From Thermodesulfobacteriota bacterium (GTDB lineage Bacteria > Desulfobacterota_D > UBA1144 > Nemesobacterales > UBA2774): DNA of 64,000 nt. A program made the translations under genes and the position numbers. Each line of letters opens with the position of its first letter. Position 1 is the stretch's first letter. The DNA is taken from positions 1,824,001-1,888,000 of the forward strand of contig OZ244991.1 in the NCBI GenBank assembly GCA_965223335.1. Reading direction: 5' to 3'. The notes beneath the pieces were generated by a model. That model was not told the origin of the DNA and did no database searches. It saw only the letters and a list, made by a program, of their open reading frames with translations. Positions 40,638 through 51,797 of this stretch are shown here, one piece after another.

Positions 40638-40789
40638 CAACCCCGAAACCGAGTTGTGTTTAGCAGACCATTGTTTTTAAGCCCCCGTAAGCTACTATAT
40701 TTATATGTTTCCAATGAGCTCCCCTAGCGTTTACTCGGTGTCTGAGTATTCCCAAATTATTTATTTAAAATCGCTGTTTCAAATTCCGC

Positions 40790-40819
40790 TTGACATTATA
40801 TTTCAAGATATATTATGCT
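40790..40819 (+). promoter_or_regulatory. Putative sigma70 promoter of proA operon
   Basis: TTGACA (40790) - 18 nt - TATGCT (40814). Confidence 0.5.
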
Positions 40820-40854
40820 TTTCAAATACTACTCCGAGGGGCCCCGTAGCGTAA

Positions 40855-42141
40855 ATGTCTGAAGTGAAAAGAGCTAGAGATAACTCTGACCTTAGTAATT
40901 TAATTAAAGACATTGCAGCCAAGTCAAAAACAGCATCCCAGCAATTAGCCAAAGTCACTACGGATAAAAAAGATAATGCCCTAAAACAGATGTCGCGCGG
41001 GCTTATATCTAAAACCCATCTTATACTAGAAGAAAACCGTAAGGACGTAGAAGACGCAAAGTCTAAGGGGCTTGCAGACGCGCTTATCGATAGGCTCAGC
41101 TTAGACGAAGCGCGCATTCGGAAAATCGCCTCGGGACTAGATGAGGTGTGCTCACTCCAAGACCCCGTGGGTGAGGTCGTTAGGATGTGGAAACGACCCA
41201 ATGGCCTCACGGTTGGCAGGGTGCGTATACCGCTTGGTGTGATTGGAATAATATATGAATCGCGACCAAATGTTACGGCTGACGCCGCGGGGTTATGCAT
41301 AAAATCGGGCAACTCCGTTATTCTACGCGGCGGGTCGGAAACGATCAGGTCAAACATGATTATAGGTGAGGTTCTCTGCGACTCTCTAGCCGCAGCAGGG
41401 TTACCCCCCGACGCAATCCAAATAATCCCTGTGGTCGATAGGGCTGCGATATTGGAGTTATTGAAGCTCGATGAGTTGGTAGACCTCATAATCCCACGCG
41501 GAGGAGAAGGGCTTATCAGGTTTGTTGCCGAGAACTCTACAATCCCGGTACTAAAACATTACAAAGGTGTGTGCCATGTGTTTGTTGACAAGAGTGCGGA
41601 TTTAAAAATGGCACGGGATATTGCGGTTAATGCAAAGACACAGCGCCCCGGGGTGTGCAATGCCATGGAAACACTACTTGTACACGAAGGTGTGGCCAAA
41701 TCCTTTCTGCCGGATCTCATTCGAGAGCTCGAAGAGTTGGGTGTAGAGATCCGGGGCTGCGATAAGACAGTGGAGCTGGTCCCGGGAATAAAGAGTGCTA
41801 CGGAAGAGGACTGGTACGAAGAGTATCTGGATCTTTTGCTCAGCATAAAAATAGTTTCCGATATAGATGCTGCTATTGAGCATATAGAGCGTTATGGCTC
41901 GGATCATACAGAATCCATTGTGACAGAGAGTTATGAAAACGCAGAGTACTTCCTGGGCGCGGTTAACTCGTCTACGGTGATGGTAAATGCCTCGACAAGG
42001 TTTAGCGACGGCTATGAGCTTGGGCTTGGGGCAGAGATTGGTATAAGCACCTCAAAACTGCATGCGTTTGGTCCTATGGGGCTTGAAGAGCTTACAACTA
42101 CGAAATTTATAGTGCGCGGCGGTGGACAAATTAGAGAATAA
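40855..42141 (+). CDS. proA: Gamma-glutamyl phosphate reductase
   Basis: [47 protein letters not shown]. Confidence 0.97.
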   Translation: MSEVKRARDNSDLSNLIKDIAAKSKTASQQLAKVTTDKKDNALKQMSRGLISKTHLILEENRKDVEDAKSKGLADALIDRLSLDEARIRKIASGLDEVCSLQDPVGEVVRMWKRPNGLTVGRVRIPLGVIGIIYESRPNVTADAAGLCIKSGNSVILRGGSETIRSNMIIGEVLCDSLAAAGLPPDAIQIIPVVDRAAILELLKLDELVDLIIPRGGEGLIRFVAENSTIPVLKHYKGVCHVFVDKSADLKMARDIAVNAKTQRPGVCNAMETLLVHEGVAKSFLPDLIRELEELGVEIRGCDKTVELVPGIKSATEEDWYEEYLDLLLSIKIVSDIDAAIEHIERYGSDHTESIVTESYENAEYFLGAVNSSTVMVNASTRFSDGYELGLGAEIGISTSKLHAFGPMGLEELTTTKFIVRGGGQIRE

Positions 42142-42150
42142 ATCCGTGGT

Positions 42151-43524
42151 TTGGATGGAGGAGGGAGTTTATTGAGACAGGCAAGATTAAAATCAAAAAC
42201 TGTAAGAAATAGCTCCGATCAATTTACCTCGAGATCGAGAAAGCGCAGTAACGAGACTGAAAAGTCACAGGGCAAATTTAGGGAAACTGCACATCGCGCT
42301 TACGAAGATCAAGCAGACGGGGGATCCCCACGCAACGATTCATTTGACATCGAATCTGAAGGTAAGGCAATTGATCAACTTGGCAATGAAAAATTTGAGT
42401 ACCATAACGCAACCGACAACAAAAACGGTACGCAATCAAAGCAAGAAAAAAAGAAATGGAACCCCGACGAGGAGTTCAGACTACTGCAGGTTTATTTTAA
42501 AGAGATGGGTACTGAGCCACTTCTGACAGCCAAAGAAGAGATAGAGGTATCTGCAAAGATTAAGAGGTGTGAAGCAAAGGCTCGAGAGGTAAAAGAGCAG
42601 CTAGAGACTATATTTCAAAAGAGTCTTGGCAAGTGTTTGGAAGACACCATTGTGGAGCTTGAGGGGTTGTCGAGAAACCCTGTCACTCGCGCAGAAGTAC
42701 GCACTAAAAAAACCACTAGGTCTTCTAAATACAACGGCTCTGTCACTACACACAGCATTAAAAGGTCGAGTGTAGTTACCAAGGCTTATCTAAAGCGCGC
42801 AATGGGGTATAAAGAGCGGTTCATTAAAGCCAACCTTCGTTTGGTTGTGAGTATAGCCAAAAGGTATATGAGCCGCGGGCTCCCACTGCCCGACCTTATC
42901 CAGGAGGGCAATGTGGGTCTCATGAGGGCCGTTGAGAGGTTTGATCACACTAAGGGTTACAAATTCTCTACTTATGCATCGTGGTGGATACATCAGGCCA
43001 TCTCGCGCTCGCTGCTGGATCAGACACGCACGATCAGGGTGCCGGTCTATGTGCTTGAGCAAGCGAGCAAGGTGCACAGAGTAAGCTCTATGCTAAATAA
43101 AGAGATGGGCCGTAAACCCTCACCCGACGAGATCTCTGAGCAAACCGGTATCTCAATTGACGGTGTAAAGAGGGTCCTTGAGGCCACAAAAGAGGTTGTA
43201 CACCTGGACTCCCCGATCTTAGACGGCGAGAAGACCACACTACTGGATTTTATACCCGACGATCCTACCAATGAGCCCGACTCTGCAGTAGCAAGGGCCA
43301 CACTGGTAAATAAGATCAGGGACGCCCTAGCTACACTTACTCCCCGTGAGGAGCAGATATTGAAGATGAGGTTCGGGATCGGGTTTGAGACCACTTACAC
43401 GCTCGATGAGATTGGTAAGCATTTTAACCTTACCCGCGAGCGTATACGCCAGATTGAAAAGAGGGCCCTTGAGAAGTTAGAGGACTCCAATGTCGGGTGC
43501 ATTCTAAAGAGTTTTCTTGAGTAG
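42151..43524 (+). CDS. Sigma70-family RNA polymerase sigma factor (RpoD/RpoS-like paralog)
   Basis: Region 1.2 [46 protein letters not shown]. Confidence 0.92.
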   Translation: MDGGGSLLRQARLKSKTVRNSSDQFTSRSRKRSNETEKSQGKFRETAHRAYEDQADGGSPRNDSFDIESEGKAIDQLGNEKFEYHNATDNKNGTQSKQEKKKWNPDEEFRLLQVYFKEMGTEPLLTAKEEIEVSAKIKRCEAKAREVKEQLETIFQKSLGKCLEDTIVELEGLSRNPVTRAEVRTKKTTRSSKYNGSVTTHSIKRSSVVTKAYLKRAMGYKERFIKANLRLVVSIAKRYMSRGLPLPDLIQEGNVGLMRAVERFDHTKGYKFSTYASWWIHQAISRSLLDQTRTIRVPVYVLEQASKVHRVSSMLNKEMGRKPSPDEISEQTGISIDGVKRVLEATKEVVHLDSPILDGEKTTLLDFIPDDPTNEPDSAVARATLVNKIRDALATLTPREEQILKMRFGIGFETTYTLDEIGKHFNLTRERIRQIEKRALEKLEDSNVGCILKSFLE

Positions 43525-43529
43525 AGTTA

Positions 43530-45191
43530 ATGCTTGAGTGTCTTACCTTAAAAGATTTCGCAATTATTGACGACCTTTCTATAGATTTCGGTCCCGGGCT
43601 CAATATTATCACGGGTGAGACGGGTACCGGGAAATCAATTATTGTAGATGCTATTACCATCATTTTAGGTGGGAAAGTATCGGCGGATATAATCAGAAAG
43701 GATAGGGATCAGGCCACGGTGGAGGCACTGCTGGATCTGAGTGCTAACGATGGTTTGAAAGAGCTTCTGGGCGAACTGGGGTTTCCCACGGAAGGCGACG
43801 AGCTATTGCTAAAGCGTGTGGTGCCTAGAGTGGGCCGCGCAAAGCTGTTTGTAAACGGGAGTCATGCGACTCTAAATATGATAGACCGTATTGCAGAGTC
43901 CGCGGTTGACGTGTTCAGTCAACACGAGCACCAAACGCTCTACAAAGAGAGTATACAGCTAAGGCTACTGGACGGATTCGGGGGCCTCGACAAGGAAGTG
44001 GATCAATATAAAGAGCTATATAAAGAGTACTCGGATGTAAAAAGAGCGCTTTCGGACTTAAAAGATAACGAGACGAATGATATAAATAGAGAAGAGTTTC
44101 TCAGGTTTCAACTAAACGAGATCGAGTCCTGCAGTCTTAACCCCGGGGAAGATAAGGAGCTTGTGGCCGAAAGGAATATACTCCTTAATGCCGAGCGAAT
44201 TTTTTCTGTGACTGAAAGGGGTTATAACGAGATTTACGATAAAGACCAGTCCATTCTCGGCAATCTAAAGAACATTCACGATGAACTAAGGGATATATCT
44301 CACTTTGACCCCAGGCTAGATTTACTAGCCAAATCAGTTGAAAAAACCGTTATAGAACTTGAAGAGCTCTCGAGTTCCTTAAGGGAGTATACGGCTGATG
44401 TGAAAATCGACACCGTAAGGCTTGAAGAGGTCGAGGACCGTCTTGAGGTTATCAATAATCTAAAGAGAAAACATGGGGACACAATTGAAGAGATACTGCA
44501 AACCCACACCAGATTGTCCACTGAACTGGATAGTATTGCTAATTACGGGGAGCATATTGAAGAACTCGAAAACAAGTTGGGTGTACTGGAGAAAAAAGCC
44601 AACGACAAGGCTGCTTCAATATCACGCAAGCGGCGCGATGCCGGCAAAAAACTGTCAAAACGAATAGAAACCGAGCTTGGAAATGTAGGGATTAAACACG
44701 CGCAATTTCAAATAAATGTTAGTGATTGCGAGCTCTCAGCCACTGGAATCGACAGGGTCGAGTATCAGTTTTCAGCCAATCCCGATGAAAAGCCCCGCAA
44801 ATTGTCATCAATTGCATCGGGGGGTGAGCTGTCTAGGATAATGCTGGTGCTTAAACAGGCTTTAACAAAAACCCAGGGCGGCTCTGTTGTCATATTTGAC
44901 GAGGCCGACTCGGGCGTGGGTGGGGCTGTGGCCGAGGCTGTGGGTATTAAGATAAAAGAGCTGTCCAAACGTCACCAGGTGCTATGCATCACACACCTGC
45001 CTCAGGTTGCAAAGTTTGCAGATACACATTTGAGAGTATCTAAGAGCTTTGAGAAGCAGAGCACTAATGTGAGAGTGGACCGGTTGGACAACAACGACCG
45101 TGTGAGCGAATTGGCCAGGATGCTGGGCGGTATTAAGATCACGGATAAAACCGTAGAAGCTGCCCGCGAGCTAATAGCTGAGCAAAAATAA
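43530..45191 (+). CDS. recN: DNA repair protein RecN
   Basis: TGETGTGKS, coiled coil, ASGGELSR, FDE, ITHLPQVA. Confidence 0.96.
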   Translation: MLECLTLKDFAIIDDLSIDFGPGLNIITGETGTGKSIIVDAITIILGGKVSADIIRKDRDQATVEALLDLSANDGLKELLGELGFPTEGDELLLKRVVPRVGRAKLFVNGSHATLNMIDRIAESAVDVFSQHEHQTLYKESIQLRLLDGFGGLDKEVDQYKELYKEYSDVKRALSDLKDNETNDINREEFLRFQLNEIESCSLNPGEDKELVAERNILLNAERIFSVTERGYNEIYDKDQSILGNLKNIHDELRDISHFDPRLDLLAKSVEKTVIELEELSSSLREYTADVKIDTVRLEEVEDRLEVINNLKRKHGDTIEEILQTHTRLSTELDSIANYGEHIEELENKLGVLEKKANDKAASISRKRRDAGKKLSKRIETELGNVGIKHAQFQINVSDCELSATGIDRVEYQFSANPDEKPRKLSSIASGGELSRIMLVLKQALTKTQGGSVVIFDEADSGVGGAVAEAVGIKIKELSKRHQVLCITHLPQVAKFADTHLRVSKSFEKQSTNVRVDRLDNNDRVSELARMLGGIKITDKTVEAARELIAEQK

Positions 45192-45255
45192 ACAAACGGT
45201 CCGTAAGTATCAACGAACTAAATGAAAGATAACACTAGAGGGGTTACTAACTGAG

Positions 45256-46131
45256 ATGAAAGGAATTATTTTGGCCGGGGGTAAAGGTTCCAGGCTCCAT
45301 CCCATCACGTCTGTGATCTGTAAACAGCTACTGCCGATTTACGATAAGCCGCTTATATATTTCCCGCTTTCGGTGCTGATGCTCTCGGGCATAAAGGAGA
45401 TCCTGATTATATCCACACCTAAGGACCTACCCAGGTTTCGAGAGCTGTTTGGGGACGGCAGGGACTTGGGTATAAGTATTGAGTATGCCGAGCAAGAGAG
45501 CCCAAAGGGCATAGCGCATGCGTTTTTGTTGGGTGCTGATTTTATAGGCAAAGACAGCGTGTCATTGGTTCTTGGTGACAATATATTTTATGGGCACGGG
45601 TTAAGCGAGGTGCTAAAGCGATCGGCTGGGCTTGAAGACGGGGCGATTGTGTTTGGGTACTCTGTAAGAGACCCCGAGCGTTACGGTGTAATCGAGTTTG
45701 ATGGTGGGGGCAATGTGGTGGGTATTGAGGAAAAACCCGAAACACCTAAATCCCGTTATGCAGTTACGGGCCTATATTTCTACGACAATGAAGTGGTTGA
45801 GATTGCCAAGACCCTCAGACCATCTCCCAGGGGCGAGCTTGAAATCACAGATGTTAATAAAGAGTATCTGAGTAGGGGTAAGTTGAGGGTAGAGTTGTTG
45901 GGGCGGGGTTATTCGTGGCTAGACACGGGGACTTTCGAGTCGCTACAACAGGCCTCTAGCTATGTGCAGGCCGTGGAGGTACGTCAGGGCTTAAAAATTG
46001 CCTGCATAGAAGAGATTGCGTACCGTGAGGGGTTTATTCAGAGCTCCGAGCTTGCGGCTTTGACCGAGAAGATGTCGGCTAACGAATACACGGATTACCT
46101 GTTGGATATTTTAGAGACCGAGTGCGGATAA
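45256..46131 (+). CDS. rfbA: Glucose-1-phosphate thymidylyltransferase
   Basis: [36 protein letters not shown]. Confidence 0.96.
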   Translation: MKGIILAGGKGSRLHPITSVICKQLLPIYDKPLIYFPLSVLMLSGIKEILIISTPKDLPRFRELFGDGRDLGISIEYAEQESPKGIAHAFLLGADFIGKDSVSLVLGDNIFYGHGLSEVLKRSAGLEDGAIVFGYSVRDPERYGVIEFDGGGNVVGIEEKPETPKSRYAVTGLYFYDNEVVEIAKTLRPSPRGELEITDVNKEYLSRGKLRVELLGRGYSWLDTGTFESLQQASSYVQAVEVRQGLKIACIEEIAYREGFIQSSELAALTEKMSANEYTDYLLDILETECG

Positions 46132-46132
46132 T

Positions 46133-46699
46133 ATGGACTTTGAGCTGATACCCACTTCGTTGCCCGATGTTTTTACTGTTGAGTCCGAGGTGTTTAAAGA
46201 CGACCGCGGCTATTTTAAGGAAATATTCAGAGCCGATGAGCTTGTGGGTGTGAAAGATATAAAACCTTTTGTGCAGGACAACCTTTCCTATTCGCACCGC
46301 TCTGTGCTCCGCGGGCTCCATTACCAGCTTAAATACCCACAGGCCAAACTTGTTACCGCTCTTGCGGGCGAGATCTTTGATGTTGCCGTGGATTTAAGGT
46401 CCGGCTCGCCCGGTTTCGGTAAATGGGTAGGGTTAAAGCTCTCGGCTGCCGATAATCGTGCGCTTTACATACCTACGGGTTTTGCCCACGGTTTTTGTGT
46501 GCTAAGTGATTCTGCTACTGTATTCTATAAATGTAGCGGTTACTACAGACCCGAGGATGATTACGGTCTTAACTGGGCTGACGGTACAGTTGGTATAGAG
46601 TGGCCTATTGATGACCCGAAGCTCTCGGATAAGGATAAAAGCTTACCTATGTTGGGCGATATACAGACTGAGCTGCTCCCGGTATATGAACCAAAGTAG
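46133..46699 (+). CDS. rfbC: dTDP-4-dehydrorhamnose 3,5-epimerase
   Basis: DDRGYF, VQDN, LRGLHYQ, DVAVDLR, GFAHGF. Confidence 0.96.
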   Translation: MDFELIPTSLPDVFTVESEVFKDDRGYFKEIFRADELVGVKDIKPFVQDNLSYSHRSVLRGLHYQLKYPQAKLVTALAGEIFDVAVDLRSGSPGFGKWVGLKLSAADNRALYIPTGFAHGFCVLSDSATVFYKCSGYYRPEDDYGLNWADGTVGIEWPIDDPKLSDKDKSLPMLGDIQTELLPVYEPK

Positions 46700-46729
46700 G
46701 TAAGCCTTATAATATGTATGAGATAGATT

Positions 46730-47794
46730 ATGGGTGAGATAAAAAACTTGCTGGTTACCGGGGGGCTCGGGTTCATCGGCTCCAATTATATCAGGTATCT
46801 GTTGGGTGATGCCGGGTATAGAGGACGGGTGGTAAATATCGATAAACTCACATATGCCGGCAACCCTGAGAACCTGGCAGATATAGAGAAAACACACGAT
46901 GATCGTTATAAGTTTATTCGAGCCGACATTGGCGATTACGACGCTATGGTTAGGGTGTTCGACGACCACGCTATTGATGCTGTGTGTAATTTTGCAGCTG
47001 AATCACATGTGGATCGATCTATCGTTGGACCGAATGAATTTATACTGACCAACATACTTGGCACCTATAATTTGCTCGAAATCGCTCGAGAGAGGGCCCC
47101 ACGCATACAATTGTTTCATCATATAAGCACAGACGAGGTCTATGGCTCTGTGGATGATTCAGGCAAGTTCAGTGAGGATTCCCCTTACAGGCCTAATAGC
47201 CCCTATTCGGCATCCAAGGCGTCATCTGACCACTTAGCTAGGGCCTATAACAGAACATATGAGCTACCGGTAATTGTGTCAAACAGCTCCAACAACTACG
47301 GCCCCTACCAGTTCCCCGAAAAATTGATCCCTCTCATGATACTAAACGCCAGGGACGGCAAACCGCTGCCCGTTTACGGGGACGGCCAGAACATAAGGGA
47401 TTGGATCTATGTGGAGGATCACTGCCGAGCATTATGGGCTATTTTGCAAAACGGCAAGAGCGGCGAGACCTATAACATAGGTGGGGGCAACGAGATCGAG
47501 AATATCAAGGTAGTCGAGATGATATGCAAGATACTCGACGATGAGCTTGGGGAACTGCCTGTGGTGGGGTCCCGTAGAGAGCTTGTTACATATGTTCGGG
47601 ACCGCCGCGGCCATGACCGACGCTACGCGATTGATTCGAGCAAGATCACCCAGGAGCTAGGGTGGGTCCCTAAAGAAACATTTGAGACCGGTCTATTAAA
47701 GACCGTGGATTGGTATCTGAGCAATCCCGAGTGGACCGAACATATCCAAAGCGGTGAATACAAGGCTTGGATCGAGTCCCACTATGGACAGTAA
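46730..47794 (+). CDS. rfbB: dTDP-glucose 4,6-dehydratase
   Basis: [38 protein letters not shown]. Confidence 0.96.
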   Translation: MGEIKNLLVTGGLGFIGSNYIRYLLGDAGYRGRVVNIDKLTYAGNPENLADIEKTHDDRYKFIRADIGDYDAMVRVFDDHAIDAVCNFAAESHVDRSIVGPNEFILTNILGTYNLLEIARERAPRIQLFHHISTDEVYGSVDDSGKFSEDSPYRPNSPYSASKASSDHLARAYNRTYELPVIVSNSSNNYGPYQFPEKLIPLMILNARDGKPLPVYGDGQNIRDWIYVEDHCRALWAILQNGKSGETYNIGGGNEIENIKVVEMICKILDDELGELPVVGSRRELVTYVRDRRGHDRRYAIDSSKITQELGWVPKETFETGLLKTVDWYLSNPEWTEHIQSGEYKAWIESHYGQ

Positions 47795-47825
47795 CATATG
47801 TGAGATTTAGTACCGGTAAGAGGTA

Positions 47826-48374
47826 TTAGAAGGACGAGAACACCACAGCTGCAACTACTGTGGTCCATAATCTGTTTTTATCTCCCACCGCGCTCTGAGT
47901 AATATTCCTTGTTTTCACTATATGACCGCTAATCTCCCATATATCCTTCTGTTCGTCATAACTCCTGTCCGGATCAAATGGAGCCCCTAGAGTGGTGGCC
48001 AACATATAGGCTGCCAGGTCCTCGGCATACTCCCCTGCAACAGTATCGTTTTGTCCGAAGCTATGATGCTCCGAAATGTATCCGTACCGGCTATGATCCT
48101 TGGGTATGGCGATCCCTGCCGAGGCGGCGACCAAACGGTTGGGTTCGTTCGTTGCGTTTTCACTCATCACCAAATACACGATCTGGCCCGCTTCCATTTT
48201 CTTTAGGCCCTGAGAGCGTTGTATAAGCTTACAATTTGCGGGAAAAATACTCGATACCTTGACCAAGTTGAACTCAGCTATCTTGGCGTTTCTAAGAGCC
48301 ATCTCAAAGCTGGTGAGTTTTTCTTTGTGTTTTCCAACCCCTTTCGTAACGAATGCGCTTTTAGGTACCAGCAA
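47826..48374 (-). CDS. pdaD: Pyruvoyl-dependent arginine decarboxylase
   Basis: SFEMALRNA, NLVKVSSIFP (S-S cleavage site), GYISEHH, AEDLAA; GGAGG RBS with TTG start. Confidence 0.9.
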   Translation of the reverse strand: MLVPKSAFVTKGVGKHKEKLTSFEMALRNAKIAEFNLVKVSSIFPANCKLIQRSQGLKKMEAGQIVYLVMSENATNEPNRLVAASAGIAIPKDHSRYGYISEHHSFGQNDTVAGEYAEDLAAYMLATTLGAPFDPDRSYDEQKDIWEISGHIVKTRNITQSAVGDKNRLWTTVVAAVVFSSF

Positions 48375-48610
48375 GTTCTACCTCCGTTAGTTCATAAGAA
48401 TGTATGATTTAATATACGATCTTGATCCCTATGTCAATGCTAATTTTAAAGTAGTTTCAGTGGGTAATGCACAAGTCTTTAAGCTCAGGCTTAATAGTAT
48501 TTAGAGCTCTGGAATCCTACAGTTGTCTAGATACATCTAAATATTACAAGATTTTAGAATATAGATACAAATTTACTTGAAAATCTAACGGTGATGCTTA
48601 ACTTATGATT

Positions 48611-48626
48611 TGGCACGCATATTGCA
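48611..48626 (+). promoter_or_regulatory. Sigma54 (-24/-12) promoter
   Basis: TGGCAC-GCATA-TTGCA matches TGGCAC-N5-TTGCW. Confidence 0.75.
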
Positions 48627-48692
48627 TAATAAACACACTATATGTATTAGCAGTTAGTTGAACGGCAAAAAACATAACGGAGGCAAAGTTAG

Positions 48693-48884
48693 ATGACATT
48701 ATCAATAGCACTAAACACGATAGACACAAATAGTAATTTTGGCATCGAACAGGTTAATGTACCAGGCTCCCATCTCACATACTGGGCAGTTTATATGGAC
48801 GACACTCAGATCTCTACCACATCGACCAGGGAAAAGGCAGAGCAGACAATAGAGTGGATGGAAAACTGGTTAAGCAATAACTAG
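48693..48884 (+). CDS. Small hypothetical protein (63 aa)
   Basis: GGAGG RBS 9 nt upstream; sigma54 site upstream; protein-like beta-beta-beta-helix pattern. Confidence 0.7.
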   Translation: MTLSIALNTIDTNSNFGIEQVNVPGSHLTYWAVYMDDTQISTTSTREKAEQTIEWMENWLSNN

Positions 48885-49069
48885 GATTATATAGTTGAGA
48901 TCTATGAAAACAGTAAGCATTACAAGAGATAATCATTACCATGTAGTGGCACTGCCTACATCGGCGGAGCTCCGCCTGCATCCGACTTGCCACCGCGCTC
49001 TCGCTTAGTGCGTGCGCACCACTCTATTAATTCGTACCCTTTCCTTATTCATCAGATACACATTATGCT

Positions 49070-49099
49070 TTGACAACATCGAGTTGTTATAAGTATCAT
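49070..49099 (+). promoter_or_regulatory. Putative sigma70 promoter with an inverted repeat overlapping -35
   Basis: TTGACA-18-TATCAT; ACAAC-N5-GTTGT at 49073-49087. Confidence 0.5.
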
Positions 49100-49139
49100 T
49101 CAGTCTTTGTAACATATTGGTAACAAAGAGGATCCATAC

Positions 49140-50174
49140 ATGAAGGCTGTTGTCACAGGGGGCACGGGTTTTATCGGAGGCAAGCTTGTCGAGGCGCTCG
49201 TAGGCACTGGTGTTGACGTAAATTGTTTGGTACGAGAGACCAGTGATAAATCACAACTCGAGAAACTGGGCGTCGATTTAACCTACGGCGACTTGGGCGA
49301 CTCAGATTCTCTAAGGCGATTACCGGCCGGGAGCGACGTAGTGTTCCATTTAGCGGCACTCGTGTCCGACTGGGGCAAAAGAGAAGATTTTATTAGGTAC
49401 AACATCGATTCCACGAGGGAATTGCTCGGGGCCTCAATAGAATCAGGGGTTAACAAGTTCGTGTACCTTAGTTCCTCTACGGTGGTATGGCAGTCGGATT
49501 TTTGGAACATCCATGACCTCGATAATATCGATGAAACCTATCCTTATAGAAAGCACTATAACGATTCCTACAACTATTCTAAGGCCGAGGCCGAAAAACT
49601 CGTTGTTAAAGCCGCCAATAATTCCCCCATGGACACAGTTGTGCTAAGACCATCCAATGTCTGGGGTGCAGGTGACACTGTTATACTACCCAGGATAGTG
49701 TTCGCGGCAAAAAAGGGGATTCTATACCCCATGGGCTCGGGGGACAGGTGGGTTAGCCCCTGCCATATAACCAATCTCGTAAGTGCTCTTACGCTTGCTA
49801 TGAGCAATGCACCCGCGGGTGGAAATATATATTTTATAAACGATAACAATAAGATTCACCACCTGGAATTCCTATCTAGACTACTCGAATCAGCGGGTAT
49901 CGAGTGGGAGCCCAAGATCTCAATCCCCTATAAAGTCGCATATGCCGTTGCATCTCTCCTGGAACTGCTCGGGCGTGTACGGGGTTCAAAAACACCCCCT
50001 GTTTTAACCAGGTTTGCTGTGGCTGCGCTTGCAGGTAGCCGCAGCTATAGCGTGGAGAAGGCTAAAAACGAGTTGGGCTATAAACCGGTTGTCACATTGG
50101 ATCAGGGGATGGACGAGCTTGGACAGTGGGTAGCGGATATTGGGGGTGTGGACGCATTATTGTCAAAAATCTAA
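49140..50174 (+). CDS. Extended SDR, 3-beta-HSD/NAD-dependent epimerase family
   Basis: TGGTGFIG, HLAA, YNYSKAEAE, LRPSNVWG. Confidence 0.88.
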   Translation: MKAVVTGGTGFIGGKLVEALVGTGVDVNCLVRETSDKSQLEKLGVDLTYGDLGDSDSLRRLPAGSDVVFHLAALVSDWGKREDFIRYNIDSTRELLGASIESGVNKFVYLSSSTVVWQSDFWNIHDLDNIDETYPYRKHYNDSYNYSKAEAEKLVVKAANNSPMDTVVLRPSNVWGAGDTVILPRIVFAAKKGILYPMGSGDRWVSPCHITNLVSALTLAMSNAPAGGNIYFINDNNKIHHLEFLSRLLESAGIEWEPKISIPYKVAYAVASLLELLGRVRGSKTPPVLTRFAVAALAGSRSYSVEKAKNELGYKPVVTLDQGMDELGQWVADIGGVDALLSKI

Positions 50175-50247
50175 TAGCTTAGATAATCGATATTCCAGCT
50201 GACTTATAGCTAGCCGGGATGGATGCATTTATCAATACGGTAGCGAC

Positions 50248-50979
50248 ATGAATAACACTGATTATGAACTGGTAGTTAAGGATGTCTCTAAATCGTTTGG
50301 TACTAACCACGCACTCAGAAAGATCAACCTTTCCGTGCAAAAGGGCGAGTTTGTATCTATCTTCGGCCCTAACGGGGCCGGCAAGACAACACTCATAAAA
50401 ATCTTGTCGACTTTGCTTAGTCCAACAGATGGAGAATTGCACGTTGGGGGAAAGGATATTAAACAAGATGTCGAGTCCATAAGATCCATGGTGGGCTTAA
50501 TATCGCATGACCCCTATATATATGAGAACCTGTCGGCGTTTGAGAACATCACATTTTTTGCAACCCTCTACGGACTCAGCGATCCCGGTGAGAGGGCAAA
50601 AGAGGTAATACGGGAGATAGGCTTGGAGGCCAGGATGCACGAGTTGGTAAGGAATTTTTCTAGGGGCATGAAGCAGCGCCTTGCGGTTGCGAGAGCAATC
50701 GTACACAAGCCAAACATATTACTACTGGATGAGCCCTATGCGGGATTGGACCGACACGGCTCAGCCATATTCACAGATATGCTCTCCAGGTTTAAGAACG
50801 AGCGTAAGACAATCGTGATGACGACCCACAATGTCAATGACGGCTTGGAATTAAGCGACCGAGTGCTCATAATCTCGGCAGGCAGTGTCGTTTTTGAAAG
50901 CACAGTAGACGGTGAATTGGCAAGAGATTTCAACGAAATCTATAATCAAAAAACCAATAGCTCATCTATAATGCTGTGA
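50248..50979 (+). CDS. ccmA: Heme ABC exporter ATPase
   Basis: GPNGAGKTT, FSRGMKQRL, LLDEP; first gene of the ccm cluster. Confidence 0.88.
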   Translation: MNNTDYELVVKDVSKSFGTNHALRKINLSVQKGEFVSIFGPNGAGKTTLIKILSTLLSPTDGELHVGGKDIKQDVESIRSMVGLISHDPYIYENLSAFENITFFATLYGLSDPGERAKEVIREIGLEARMHELVRNFSRGMKQRLAVARAIVHKPNILLLDEPYAGLDRHGSAIFTDMLSRFKNERKTIVMTTHNVNDGLELSDRVLIISAGSVVFESTVDGELARDFNEIYNQKTNSSSIML

Positions 50980-51111
50980 GTGTTCCTAAGCACTCGCCAC
51001 AGCAACCACTGATATAAACCACCTGCCCAGTACTCGAATATTTGAACCGAACAGATATAATTTGTGTTCGCATTAATGGTACATTACGGTTTTACGACCT
51101 CGGTGCTCGGA

Positions 51112-51783
51112 ATGAAGAAGTTATTGATAATAGTGTGGAAGGATATAGTGACGGAGCTTAGGACTAAGGAACTTTTGTCCTCAATGTTCATGCTGGCACT
51201 ATTGATACTGGTGATTTTTAATTTTGCCTTGGGTTACTCGCCTGTGCTTGTGGGCGAGGCTGCACCCGCAATATTGTGGATCTCTTTTATATTCGCCGGG
51301 GTGTTGGGTCTCACACGCACTTTCGCAATTGAAAAAGAGGGTAACGCCATGGTGGGCATGCTGCTTACTCCTACCGATAGGACCGTTATTTACCTGGCCA
51401 AGTTACTAAGCAGCTCCATTTTTGTGTTTATTGTGGGTTTATTTACACTACCGTTATTCGCACTGTTTTTTAACTTCTCCTTACTGAGTGTCATTCCCCA
51501 ATTAATTTTGATAATATTCCTTGGGACTATCGGGTTTGTGTCTGTGGGCACGCTGTTTTCGGCTATGGTAATAAACACGAGGCTTAGAGAGATACTGCTT
51601 CCCATAGTGATCTTTCCCATTATTATCCCCGTGGTCGTGAGTGCAGTGAAACTGAGTGCAGCGGTTATAAGCGGAAACGGTCTTAACTCAGAGGCCTTTT
51701 CTTTGAAACTGCTTTTGGCCTTCGATATAATCTTCCTGGCCGCATCGGCTGTAGTATTTGAGTATGTGATTGACGAGTCTTAA
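51112..51783 (+). CDS. ccmB: Heme exporter permease
   Basis: WKD..TELR, F..EKE, REILLP..FP..IP; ATG 51112. Confidence 0.9.
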   Translation: MKKLLIIVWKDIVTELRTKELLSSMFMLALLILVIFNFALGYSPVLVGEAAPAILWISFIFAGVLGLTRTFAIEKEGNAMVGMLLTPTDRTVIYLAKLLSSSIFVFIVGLFTLPLFALFFNFSLLSVIPQLILIIFLGTIGFVSVGTLFSAMVINTRLREILLPIVIFPIIIPVVVSAVKLSAAVISGNGLNSEAFSLKLLLAFDIIFLAASAVVFEYVIDES

Positions 51784-51797
51784 AAGAGCGCTATAAA

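Noticed and set aside
40803..41489. 228-aa antisense ORF over proA (and similar antisense ORFs over wzc, TPR and carbamoyltransferase genes)
   Set aside because: Shadow ORFs opposite well-conserved genes with no recognisable motifs
48941..49021. tRNA-like 3' end (…GCACCA)
   Set aside because: No T-loop GTTC motif or cloverleaf pairing
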